Source of the DNA: Paraspadella gotoi
Taxonomy: Eukaryota; Animalia; Chaetognatha
Length of the DNA: 64,000 nucleotides
Assembly (NCBI GenBank): GCA_051294375.1
Contig: CM119270.1
Coordinates: forward strand, 6,689,279 to 6,753,278
Reading direction: 5' to 3'
Below are positions 24,995 to 35,398 of this stretch, piece by piece. A program made the translations under genes and the position numbers. Position 1 is the first letter of the stretch, and each line of letters begins with the position of its first letter. A model generated the notes under the pieces. That model saw only the letters and a list, made by a program, of their open reading frames with translations. It was not told where the DNA came from and made no database searches.

Positions 24995-26131
24995 CACACA
25001 AGATTGTCGCATTTCACATTTGATTTACTCGCTGATGAAGGCTAAAATATTATAGCCGAAACAAAATTTAAGAAAAATGTCATTGTTGTAAACAATATTC
25101 AACTTTTTTTACCTTTTTTAATTTCAAGCGCAACGAAAAAAATAATCAAAACAATGTCTAGTTTTATGTACTAAAATACTAAAATGTAAAATAAAAAAAG
25201 TCCTGATCCCTAAAAAACCAAAAACCTAACCGCTGTAGACTGTGAAGTCGCTGCTGTTGCTGGCCCTGGGACTTCCGGCGTTGCACGTCTCATCTATTTT
25301 TTCATCCATTACTCTTTCAGAGCTTCGAAAATTTTTACAGGTTCCTTTGGATTCATCGATCGAATCTAACTGTTTTAGATAAGGAACACAATGACCTTAA
25401 GTTATCAGCCGCTCATATTTATCGTTTAATGAAAAAAAATTATTTCTTTTAAAATATCAAAAATCGATTCTCCTAGTCGTAAACGATTATTTATTATACA
25501 TTAAAATTTTTTTTTTTACATGTATGAAAAAATTTACTGTAAACCTTTTTTTTTAATTTCATGATGCTTTTTTTTTTTGAAACATTTGAATTACTTTAAT
25601 AAATTATGGATGTTTGCAAATAGCACGTCTCAGATGATACGTCTAGGATATTAGATTATTGTCACCGTGTATCTTGGTACAAGCATACCCGAGCTTTATT
25701 TTTTGTTACTTCACGGTTGAAGCATGCGGCACCATTTGACGGATCTAGACTCTGAGAACCGCCAGAGTCTAATGAGGCCATGTCTTTCGAAAAAGCCGGC
25801 CCTGAACGAGCCTGATAATTTGAGTCAAGATTTTTCGTAGTTGATCGCGAATGAGCATGAGAGTCAGTAGCTTCCCCATCTTTAGATTTTAATCTTGGTA
25901 ACTTTGAGTCAGTTCGTGGTTGACTCCGCAAGGAGTCAGAAGTTGGTTTAGTAGAAGGGCTGCTTAATAATGACTTTTTTTTTCCCTCTGAAGCCGCGGA
26001 CGCTTTGGACGCCCCTCTCGGCGGAGCGCTGGGTTTCGAAGAGGATTTATTTGGCTCATCGGCGGGCTTTCCAACAACATTGTACTTTGTATAGTTTCCA
26101 TCCTGTTGACAAATGAATTCATACAAGCATT
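24560..26131 (-). CDS. Orphan gene E, Ser/Lys-rich disordered exons (25666-26131, ~25232-25369, ~24560-24647); noisy copy at ~7775-9400
   Basis: 466-nt open exon between a ctgttag acceptor and a CG|GTGACA donor (CLYEFICQQDG..ASAASEGKKKSLLSSPST..YQDTR). The next exon reads LDSIDESKGTCKNFRSSERVMDEKIDETCNAGSPRAS. Confidence 0.55.
25002..25068 (+). ncRNA. Hammerhead-ribozyme-like core (Penelope-type), copy B
   Basis: CTGATGA (25032-25038), A, stem GGCTA/TAGCC, GAAAC. Upstream TTGTC could pair with ACAA as stem III. Stem I is not convincing. Confidence 0.35.
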
Positions 26132-26235
26132 CTAACAGAGGTCAAAAATTCGCAAACCCTAAAAAAAAAGGGTAAAATATTTAATAAAACCTTTTTTTTT
26201 GACAATATAATTTTTTAATGATTATGAGGCAACTT

Positions 26236-26490
26236 ACGACCGGTCTCTCTTCGTCTTTTACAATTGAAGAGACCGTAATTATTGTTATGTGTTAGTGACA
26301 GAACCGTTCAATATAAGCAGTCCCTGAGCTTCGGATCAGGCTGTAACACCATGTTACAGGCGGGTTAAGCGCCCCGTCCCTCTTAACTGCTAGGCGGCCA
26401 CTGGGCTAGGCGGCCACCGGGCGAATGACTTGCCTCCGGCACCAATGGCCGCTGATGAACGGTTGGTGGATTTTAGTCCACCATACAATT
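26236..26490 (-). mobile_element. Hairpin-rich interspersed element with a partially deleted tRNA-like head
   Basis: Reverse-complement homolog of 32331-32540. Hairpins CGGTCTCT..AGAGACCG, TGTAAC..GTTACA and TGGTGGA..TCCACCA. Confidence 0.8.
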
Positions 26491-26614
26491 AAGTTTTTTG
26501 GTGATTGAGTTTTTGATGATTAAGATTTTTTTCAAAAAGTATCAATAATTACTCTAAGTAGGAGAAGCATGTATCTTCTGATATAAATTAATGTCTAAAC
26601 GGACAGGCTTCCCT

Positions 26615-26966
26615 AATTTTGCTCTTTACCCATTTTAATATCAATAAATAAATTTAAATTTTGCTCTTTACCCATTTTAATATCAATAAATAAATTTAAA
26701 TTTTGCTCTTTACCCATTTTAATATCAATAAATAAATTTAAATTTTGCTCTTTACCCATTTTAATATCAATAAATAAATTTAAATTTTGCTCTTTACCCA
26801 TTTTAATATCAATAAATAAATTTAAATTTTGCTCTTTACCCATTTTAATATCAATAAATAAATTTAAATTTTGCTTTTTACCCATTTTAATATCAATAAA
26901 TAAATTTAAATTTTGCTCTTTACCCATTTTAATATCAATAAATAAATTTAAATAAATAAATTTAAA
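26615..26966 (+). repeat. 42-bp minisatellite, 8 near-perfect units plus a partial unit
   Basis: AATTTTGCTCTTTACCCATTTTAATATCAATAAATAAATTTA x8, with one C>T substitution in unit 7. No spacers. Confidence 0.97.
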
Positions 26967-29348
26967 TCACGCCTGCAGATCCGAAATGGGGGTCGTCTTA
27001 TGCGTAAAGTATCTCCGTTTGCTGGAAAGTTCTTCGGGGATGATTTCCACGGAGCAGGTGGTGGACAAGGAAGGGGTCTCCTCCTCGAAGAAAACCGTGA
27101 TGCTTCCCGAATTATCCGGGAGTCTCTCGTTCTTGCTTTCCCCGAATGGCGAGGCGGCTTCCTCCTGACTGAGGTTCTCCGAAATGAAGACATGCCGACT
27201 CATTTCCGAGGGCGAACTGAATGGGTGAGAGGGGAGGGGGGGGGGAAGTTCACAAATCTCGAGATACGTCCATCGGGCTTATCCCTTCACGGCGATCAAT
27301 CATAAATAACCTTAATCACGTAACAAGTTATGCCTTGTTCATACTTTTAGATGTATCGATTTTTCAATCAATGGCTTTCTATCAAGAATTCTTATTAGAA
27401 AACTAAGGCTGAGAGTAATTTTTAAAGTTGATCAACACTACCCAATATGGCTTGTAAAAAGTCAGACGGCAAAAAAGCTCTATTAAATAAATAAATAATT
27501 TATTTTTTACTGGTTTCATAAGTCATATTTTGATCCTTTATATAATTTTTTTTTTTTTACTTAATGCAATTTTATCAATATTCTTATTTAGGTGATATTT
27601 CGTTATCCAGACCTTTCTCTTCGGTTTGGGCTCTTCAAAATCCCGGCGACGATGACTTCGAACATCTCCAGTTGTAGCTTCTCTGATCACTGTTTGGTTT
27701 ATTGGAGTGAAGGGGGGGGGCGGGGGGGGCGATAAAGATATGAGCGCCTTTTTTTTTTCTTCTTTTCCTTTTTGGTTTTATCTCTTATTTTTTTTATTCT
27801 CTTAATCTTGTATAATTCCTTCTTTTTTTTTCCCCTCATTTTTTCTTATCTTCTCTTTTTCTTTCTCACTCACTTTTCCTCTTCTTTCTCGTCTTCTTCC
27901 TCCATAGCGTACAGAGCTGAGAGAGCTTTAGCCAGAGTACTTCGAACAAATCTGTTACAAAAAATTGTTCTCTATTCTAAAATCCGATTTTTGTCAGTTG
28001 TCGGGAGGAATGATAGCCGCGTGTCTTCTACGAGAATGAGCAAGTTTTCAAACAACTTTTTTTTTTCCAAATAAGTTAAGTTAGAAATAAACATAAACAT
28101 AATGTAAAAAAATCAAAACTATCATTATGCTAACTCGAAGGGCCTGGAGAGAGACCACTTGGATTCTCTGGAGCTCTCCCCGGACGTTCTTCTTATCTCC
28201 TCCCTATCTCGCTGCGACCAAGATGTCCTGCTAAGAAAATGTTTAGTCATTTTTAGACGCGGGTTTTTCGTCTTTTGTTTGTTAGTGATTCTCTTTTTTT
28301 CTCTTTTTCTCTCTTAATCCTTATGAAATTGGTACAACCAATATAAAAATTATCTATTCATTTATATAGCATCACGCATAAAACGGGGTAAAACCGAAAA
28401 GGAATAGTTTTAACGTTTACCGCGTTGGAATTCGAGATTTCAGTCATCTTTTCTTCGTTTTATTAATTTTCCCTAAAATTTTTTTTTGTTCGCATACGGA
28501 GAATTCAAGAGGATAAAAAGACCTTTCAACTGGTTACTGAAATTTATGGATATGTCTCACGGTATGGCCCGCAGAAATGAGAACAGTTTTTTTGAAAATC
28601 CTTCAAAACGTATTTAGTTGTTTTTACTTTCCTTTTGGATAAAATCTGTCTTTTTATCATAAATTTTAGATCTTATTGATACCGGACTCCAATATTCTGC
28701 TGACAATGGTTTTACAGCGGCAACTATACCTTATCAAGACATTTGCTTTGAAGAAATTTTTGAGAGTCTCTCTTCTTTTCTCTCTCTCACTGTCTCTCTC
28801 TCACTCTCTCTCTCTGATTTTCATCCTACTCATCTGCTTCATCCTCCTCATCCTCCTCATTCTTACTAACTCTTTCTTACCATAGAAATGATTTGAATTT
28901 AGAATGCAATGTCTAATAAAATAAACCAATCTCGATATTTTGTAAATAAAATCTTTTTATGCAATAGTAATTAGGAATTAATTGTTGGAAAAAAAATTGA
29001 GAAAGAAGTTAGAAAAAAAATTAAGGAAAAGAAAATTAAAAAAAATCTGAATTTAAAAAAACGGTAAGAAGATTCCGAAATCTTTTTGTTTACTCGATTG
29101 CGAAAAAATATACCCGTTTATGCGTGATGAAATAAGCTATCTTGCCCCTGACTTTAGACAGGCTTTGGTGGTTTAAGGCCTCCTCAATCTTACAAGATAA
29201 TGACGTAGCAGGTCCCTGCAAGCTTTCAATCAAGACTCTCTCACAGTCGAGTTTATTCACTCCCAGAGTACCTGGCTTTTCCCTATCAATGAAGTGGTAT
29301 AATGTTTCAAAGAATCTTTCAATCGTAAGTATTTTAATGTATTTTTCA

Positions 29349-29412
<64 letters not shown>

Positions 29413-32400
29413 TTATCTTTCTTCATTTTAAGATTTTCAATTGCTCCCACCCGTATTGAGGAACGGCCAAGTTTTGGTCCACGTTTCTATTCGGCGAAAA
29501 TCTAGTCAAAGCTGCCACGTCTTCGTCAATTTCGCGCGCAGAAAAAACGCTGCGCGAGATTAATTCATTAATGAACAACATTTTTTTCTAAATAATTTGA
29601 ATTCTAAATCAAGTTGTAACAGGATGGTTAACATGCTTAACATTCATCAGCAGGGGGGTCACCTGTCGTCGGGCATTGCCTAAGTTCACCCCGTCTATAA
29701 GCATGACACCTTCAGTCTTGAGTAAAGCCATCAATCAGCTCATAACCACCAGGTACTAGGTTCAATCCCGACCCGGTACCTACCCTGCGGGAAGCGTGAG
29801 GACGGCCGTAAACTCCATACAGGGTGTGGAAAACCCTCAAGCCTGGTTCCAAGCCCAGGACCCCTTCCATTGCTGCTGAGGGGGCAAAGATGTTAGCGTG
29901 TAGAAAACGTTTATTATTTTCTATGCCTCGACGGTCTTTCTAAGAGTTCCTTACCCTCTCCTTCCCGCCAACTAAAAAACTTACCCTGGGCGAAGCTGAC
30001 CCCCTTCTTCGCTCGACGACGATTCCGACGAACCTTTCCTTCTCGGACGTTGACCGACGACTTCCCTACTTTTCTTCCTTTTCTCCCCGTCCTCTCTAAC
30101 CTTTCTCCTCCTAATTTCTTCCTTGCTCCTTCTCCTCCCACTTTCCTCTCTACTCAGTCCTCTCCCTCGTCTTCTTTCCTCCCTTTCCTCCCCAACCCTC
30201 GCCCAATCTTCGCTACTCTTCCTTCTCCCTTCTCCTTCTTCCTCCCTTCTCCTCTTCTCTTCTGATCTCCTTTTCTTTTTCTTCTCTTCTTCCTCATGGG
30301 CTTCTTCTTCGATCTCATCAACGATAACAGAATGGTAGGGCAACGGTTTTCCCAGCGAATCGGATCTGAAATTCGTGATGCCTCACTGGTTTAGGATGTG
30401 TGAGGCCGCCCCTTTTTCTGAGTAATGTAGTAGGCCTAAAAGCTAAAACGATTACAACTTCTCCCAGAATTTCTAACGGCTTGCTTATAGAAAAACCACA
30501 AGCCCTTTCATTTTAGCCTTTATTGAGCCTGCCTGAGTAAGTGGCTAAACAATCGAGCGTTCTATCTCAGATTAGCTTCTTAGGTTAGTCTGTCATTCAA
30601 TGACAGGGGGGGAAAGAAATGAATGAAGCTCTCAGTAACAGTTAGGCCTAATTTTCAAGTCCAGATCATTTCAGACGATGTCATGCATATACTTTTACAA
30701 GGCGAGTTTACTATTCATGCTCTTCATATAAAAACACTTACTCGTACTCCAAATCTTGATCGATTTTCTTCGAGGTTTTATCTCGATTACTTCGTCTGTT
30801 GCTTGAGACACCGTGAAGATTACCCCCGATCGCGTGCCCCTTTCCGTCTTTCTTCGACTTGCCAACCTTGTGACCGGTTGCAAGAGTTTCTCTACTACCC
30901 AGGGAAGTTCTGGAGCTCGGATTGGAGGCCGGGAAACTCTCGTTCGAATCCCGGAAGTTACTGTTCACCGAGACGATCCTTGAGTTTTGTCTGGAAACCT
31001 TGCGACGACCACTCAACCCAAAACCATCCAGATGATATTGTTCATTTTGGATGGCTTTCGATCTCTCATTCGACAACCTGCGATGTCCTGACAACGCATC
31101 CTCATTCTCGAATTGGCATGGAGTCATGGACGATCGCCCGCCATCTCTGCTTACGTCGCGTCGTTCGTCTATTCTCAAAGCGTCAAGTTGAGCGCACGCG
31201 CTCGTGTTGGATTTATTTTCCACCTTCCCGTCCCGTTTTGAGCTGGATCTTGCCCCGTTGTTCTTATCCCTGCTGTGATTGGATCGTCGCTTATCAATGG
31301 CCGGCCCGCGCTTCGATCCCTTGCTGTTGTTTATGTCCCTCTCGTCGTAAAGCATTGGTCCTAATTCAACATCTCGACTCTCTTCGCGTTTGCGTTCATC
31401 ATCTTTGAACGCGTCTTTTGTTTTTCCCCCGGATCCGCTCGAGCCGCCAGTTCTATCAGACCCGTCGGATATTCCCGATCCGCCCAGCCTGTCGTCACGG
31501 TCATGCTTATCTGTTTCTGTCTTCTTTCGCCGACTCCAACCCGATCCGAGGCTGAAAAGTTGGTTTTCCCCGATGATTTGATCCACGTCGTTTCTCGTCA
31601 TCACGACGGATCTAGCCTTTTCGCTTTCCGAAATAGAATTGGCCAACGCCCGGCTCCGAAGGCTCTGTCCCTCGATCGCGACAGATCGACTATCACTGGA
31701 GACCGAATGATCTCGCCGAGAGTCGGCCCCATTTTCAAGGAAAGTTTTCTGCATGGAGAAGACGTTGGAATTTCTGCCGCTGCCGCTGCCAGATACCTCG
31801 CCGACACAGCCGGTGTCTGCGCAACCCGAGTTGTCTCTGACATGGCCGGTGTCTGTGCCGACACGGCCAGGGTCTTCCCCGACGCGGCCCACGTTATCTC
31901 TGACACGGCCAGAGTCGGTGTCACCAGAATACGTAGCGTGGAGGACGTTCCGTTCGTTGCCCTTGCTCCCATCGATGGAACAATCGTTTGAGACGTCGTC
32001 GTTGGAACCCAATTTCGAGTTGTTGTTGATATCGGGACGAGCGGCCGATTGGAGACAGAGGCTGCGGGAGATCGAAATGAAAGTTATTTAGTTAGTTAAT
32101 ATTAAACAGTTTTTCATTATGAGATAATTGTGCTTTAAGCAAGAAGAGTTTTGCCAAATATTTCGTCATATATTTTGATGACATCAACAATGGTAAAAGA
32201 CTGCAACAGATTAAAAATGGGAAATAATCAAATTGTACAATTTAAAGTATAGTCCATTTAAATCTTTCCTCTTTTAAGTTGTGACCTAAAACTTACTACA
32301 CTCTCTCTCTCTTGCGATGACGTTTAAAGAATTAAGTTAGTATGGTGGACTAAAATCCACCAACCGTTCACCAGAGGCCATTGGTGCCGGAGGCAAGTCA

Positions 32401-32971
32401 TTCGCCTCCCAACCCAAAGGTCCGGGGTTCTAACCCGGTGGCCGCCTAGCAGTTAAGAGGGACGGGCCGCTTAACCCGCCTGCAACTTATATTGAACGGT
32501 TCTGTCACTAACACATAACAATAATTACTGTCTCTTCATTAGTTATAATATATAATGTATTTTTTGGTTTATAATCCACAGTACATCCCCGCTTCCTAAG
32601 GCTCGCCTTTCGAGGTATCTCCTTTCCCTCATTCTCGCGGCCAAAAGCGGCGCGAAAATCGAGAATCGCGACGCCGGCTGAGACCGTTTACGCGCGGCGC
32701 TTTCGTTTAAAAACGGCGCGTATAAACTGGAGTCTTTGGCGCCGAGACAAATGACGTTCTGGCGCTGGGTAGAACATCTCCTGCGTCGGCCTCGCATCGG
32801 GGGTCTGTTGGATAAAAGATATTTTAAATACTTTTTTATTTTATAATAAAATTGGTACAACCAATATCAAATTATTCATTCATTTAATAAATAAGCTAGT
32901 TTTCCCCGGACTTTGGACAGGCTTTGGTGGTTTAAAGCATCCATCACTCTTACAAGATAATGAATAAGCGA

Positions 32972-33011
<40 letters not shown>

Positions 33012-33018
33012 TCATCTC

Positions 33019-33049
<31 letters not shown>

Positions 33050-34410
33050 CATCTCTTTCCCTCATCTCTCTCTCTCTCTCTCTCTCACAAAGTGGCATCC
33101 ACGTCCGCCTTCGGTCTCGCCCCTTCCCGCGCGGCGCTGAAATCGTCGCCGTTGAAGGCGCCGGCCATGAGCGCCGTGCTGCGAGTTTTCGGAGCTCCCA
33201 GCGCGCCGTAGATGGCGGCACGATCGAAGAAGGCCTTGTCTCCGCCGGTGACGCCGACGTTACGAACGGCGCGAGCGGGCCGAGTGGCGCGGATGGCGCC
33301 GCCGACGCCATCTTTGAACCCGACGCGAAGGTTTTTTTTGGCGACGCCGCTTCGGTTGGAAATTGAGGAGGCGATTGAGGAGGAGGAGGAGGAGGAGTTG
33401 GTGTTTAGCCTGAGGAGTTAGTAATAATGATTAATAATCAATAATTAATTAATAATTGATTATCGACAGTTCATCCATCAGTCAAACAACTAATCGGTTA
33501 TTAGATGAAATAAGAAATTTACAAATCGAAATCAAACTCGAAATCAAACTAAGATAAAAAAAAATAAAATCAAACTCAAATCAACATCAAATTAAAACAA
33601 ATCTAAATCAAATCAAATCAAATGACTTCAAATCAAATTAAATCAAATCAAATGACTTCAAATCAAATCAAATCTATTCAAATCAAATCAAACTAAATCA
33701 ATTCAATTCAATTCAATTCAATTCAATTCAATTCAAATGAAATGAAATGAAATGAAATGAAATGAAATGAAATGAAATGAAATGAAATCAAATAAAATAA
33801 TGCAAAAAAATAAAATGAAATAAAATAAGATAAATGAAAGAAATTAAAATACAAAATACGACCTCGGCAAAACTTGGAGTTTCTTCTTCGTATTCGCCGT
33901 TATCGATCCGGAAGCGACGATTTCGAACCCGGAAGCGAAGATGACTTTATTGTCGTCCGTCGCCGGAGAGGCGCTGGAAGCCCCTACCGTCGCGAAGGAA
34001 TCGTTAGACTCGACCACGGTCACCATGGAGACGTGAGACTCTGTCGATTTGACGTCGTCGTTGTTATTCGCTTCGAAAACTGAAAGAGAGAGAGAAAAGA
34101 AAAGGTAGAGTCTATTCGTGACGTGTCTCGTTATAATATTTTCATCGCTCGTCTCGCGTATTAGTGAGATTGAAATGCGTCACAAGTTATTTCTTTCATG
34201 TCACTTCCTATTTGGTAACTCATTTTTTTAGGTAAGGAATATCCGTTCCTCACCGGATTCACCCGCGGATCCGTGAAAAACGTCGGAGTTCTTCGGCGTC
34301 GTTCCATCCACGAAGCGCACGCCGGCCGATGCCGTTCGTCGGCGTTGCCGCGTTCGTTTTCTGACGCCGGTAACGCGCGTATCGTCTTCGGCGTCTGAAT
34401 GTGACGTCAT
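26967..34410 (-). CDS. Orphan multi-exon gene, ~1000+ aa intrinsically disordered Ser/Arg/Gly/Glu-rich protein; exons 34254-34410, 33863-34079, 33089-33409, ~32580-32804, 30742-32061, 29985-30365, 29451-29549, 28135-28227, 27874-27951, ~27613-27682, 26967-27216
   Basis: ATG in CAAACCATG context; each exon is open and bounded by YAG/GT (e.g. GTAAGT at 30736-30741 and 29979-29984, GTGAGT at 27868-27873). Phases join without stops, except for an uncertain exon-4 donor and the 27217-27690 and 28400-28710 regions. Confidence 0.72.
29130..29340 (-). mobile_element. Fragment of a dispersed retroelement-like family (probable LINE 3' end)
   Basis: Core GACAGGCTTTGGTGGTTT..CTTACAAGATAATGA recurs at 32849-32964, 53850-53995 and 56886-57023. 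The minus strand reads LYHFIDREKPGTLGVNKLDCERVLIESLQGPATSLSCKIEEALNHQSLSKVRGKIAYF. Confidence 0.6.
29700..29900 (+). mobile_element. Probable tRNA(Met)-derived SINE-like insertion in an intron
   Basis: CAGCTCATAACCACCAGGTACTAGGTTCAATCCC has a CTCATAA anticodon-loop-like motif and a B box, followed by a GC-rich body in an AT-rich intron. Single copy in this window. Confidence 0.45.
30742..32061 (-). CDS. 1320-nt internal exon of the orphan gene (the 424-aa ORF in the track)
   Basis: Acceptor tttcgatctcccgcag and donor GA|GTAAGT; the ORF's stop codon lies inside the donor. Contains a 21-bp/7-aa repeat (DxGRVxx) at ~31800-31925. Confidence 0.85.
32331..32540 (+). mobile_element. Element with a tRNA(Gly-CCC)-like head (32376-32444) enclosed by short inverted repeats and a terminal hairpin
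   Basis: A-box-like TGGTGCCGGAGG, CTCCCAA loop, T arm CCGGG-GTTCTAA-CCCGG, acceptor-like GGCCA/TGGCC. Inverted repeat AACCGTTCA (32362)/TGAACGGTT (32493); hairpin TGGTGGA-CTAAAA-TCCACCA. Confidence 0.75.
32849..32964 (-). mobile_element. LINE-like 3' remnant (5'-truncated)
   Basis: Shares the AAATTGGTACAAC terminus with 28327, 53850 and 56888. Confidence 0.6.
33520..33845 (+). repeat. Compound pentanucleotide microsatellite (AAATC > AATTC > AAATG > AAAAT)
   Basis: Directly visible; fills most of intron 2 of the orphan gene. Confidence 0.9.
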
Positions 34411-35344
34411 GGTTTGTCCCGAGTGGGAGGCGAGTCGACGATGTCGACGAAGACCGAAAAACCGAGTGGGATTTTTTTTTTATTTTCTGCCGGTTTTTTA
34501 AATAATTTTTTAGTTAATATTTTTGCATTTCTAACTAATTTTGAGGGGAAAAAAGGTAAAAAATATATAAAAAAAAGTAAAGAATAAAAAAAAATTAAAT
34601 AAATTCTGAAAACTCGGCTAAATCATTTCGGTAAATGAAATTTCTAGAGATTTTTTGTCCTCGAACAAAAAGAAAGTGGAAAAAATCAATTTGTTAACTA
34701 AAATAATAGTTAAACGCATTTTCAGTTTTATGCGCCACTCTTTCTTTTATTTTCTTTCTTTCTTTTTACTTCTTTTCTCTTATCCTGCTTTTTTTTCCCT
34801 GGATTCTCCATCTCCTAAAAGAGAGCAACAACAACAACAACGACAACATCAACGCAAACGGGTAACGCGAGTTCTCGGGCAAAGAAACTGGAGGAAGGTG
34901 TAAAAGGAGGAAAGAAGGAAGAAGGTGAAAAAGGATGAGAAGGAAAGGAAGAAGAATAAAGAAGAGATGAAGACGAGATAAAGAGACTTGAGATCGTGAA
35001 ACGAATGAGTAATAGAAGTATTGTTGAAGTATTTAATATACTAATCCGACTAGGGGAAATTTTTTTTTTCTGAAATAAAAGAGACAATTTGACAGTTAAG
35101 ACGATAAAAAGACTTTTAACGCGAATTCATGAAAACAAAAATATACAGAAATGACTGGAGATGATAAAATTTAAAAAGACGAAATCAGTAAAGTGAAAAA
35201 AGAAAAGGAATGAATACAAAGGAAGGTGAGCAGAGGTAGGGAAGTTTTTTTTTCAGCTCCGAAAAAAAAAAACATTTCTCCCAATAACTTGTTTTCAGGT
35301 GACGTTTATGGCGTAAGTGCACTAGGAAAAGAAGGAGGAGTTTT

Positions 35345-35398
<54 letters not shown>

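Larger units (their letters stand above)
17007..26436 (+). repeat. Copy B of the ~9.7-kb duplicated block
   Basis: Colinear with 1-9719; this copy keeps more exons in frame. Confidence 0.95.

Noticed and set aside
26452-26485. Hammerhead at CTGATGA in the hairpin element (also at 14738)
   Set aside because: No correctly placed GAAA after a stem, and the homologous copy at 32368-32374 reads CTGGTGA.
26613-26927. CRISPR array or MGKEQNLNLFIDIK repeat protein
   Set aside because: The units are contiguous with no spacers, there are no cas genes and the context is eukaryotic. The ORF is a by-product of a 42-bp stop-free unit.
30623-31991. Plus-strand 261-aa and 162-aa ORFs
   Set aside because: They are antisense shadows of the 1320-nt minus-strand exon, which has strong splice signals and phase-compatible neighbours.
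32376-32444. Functional tRNA-Gly gene
   Set aside because: Collapsed D loop, mismatched anticodon stem, no poly-T terminator, and it is embedded in a repeated element.
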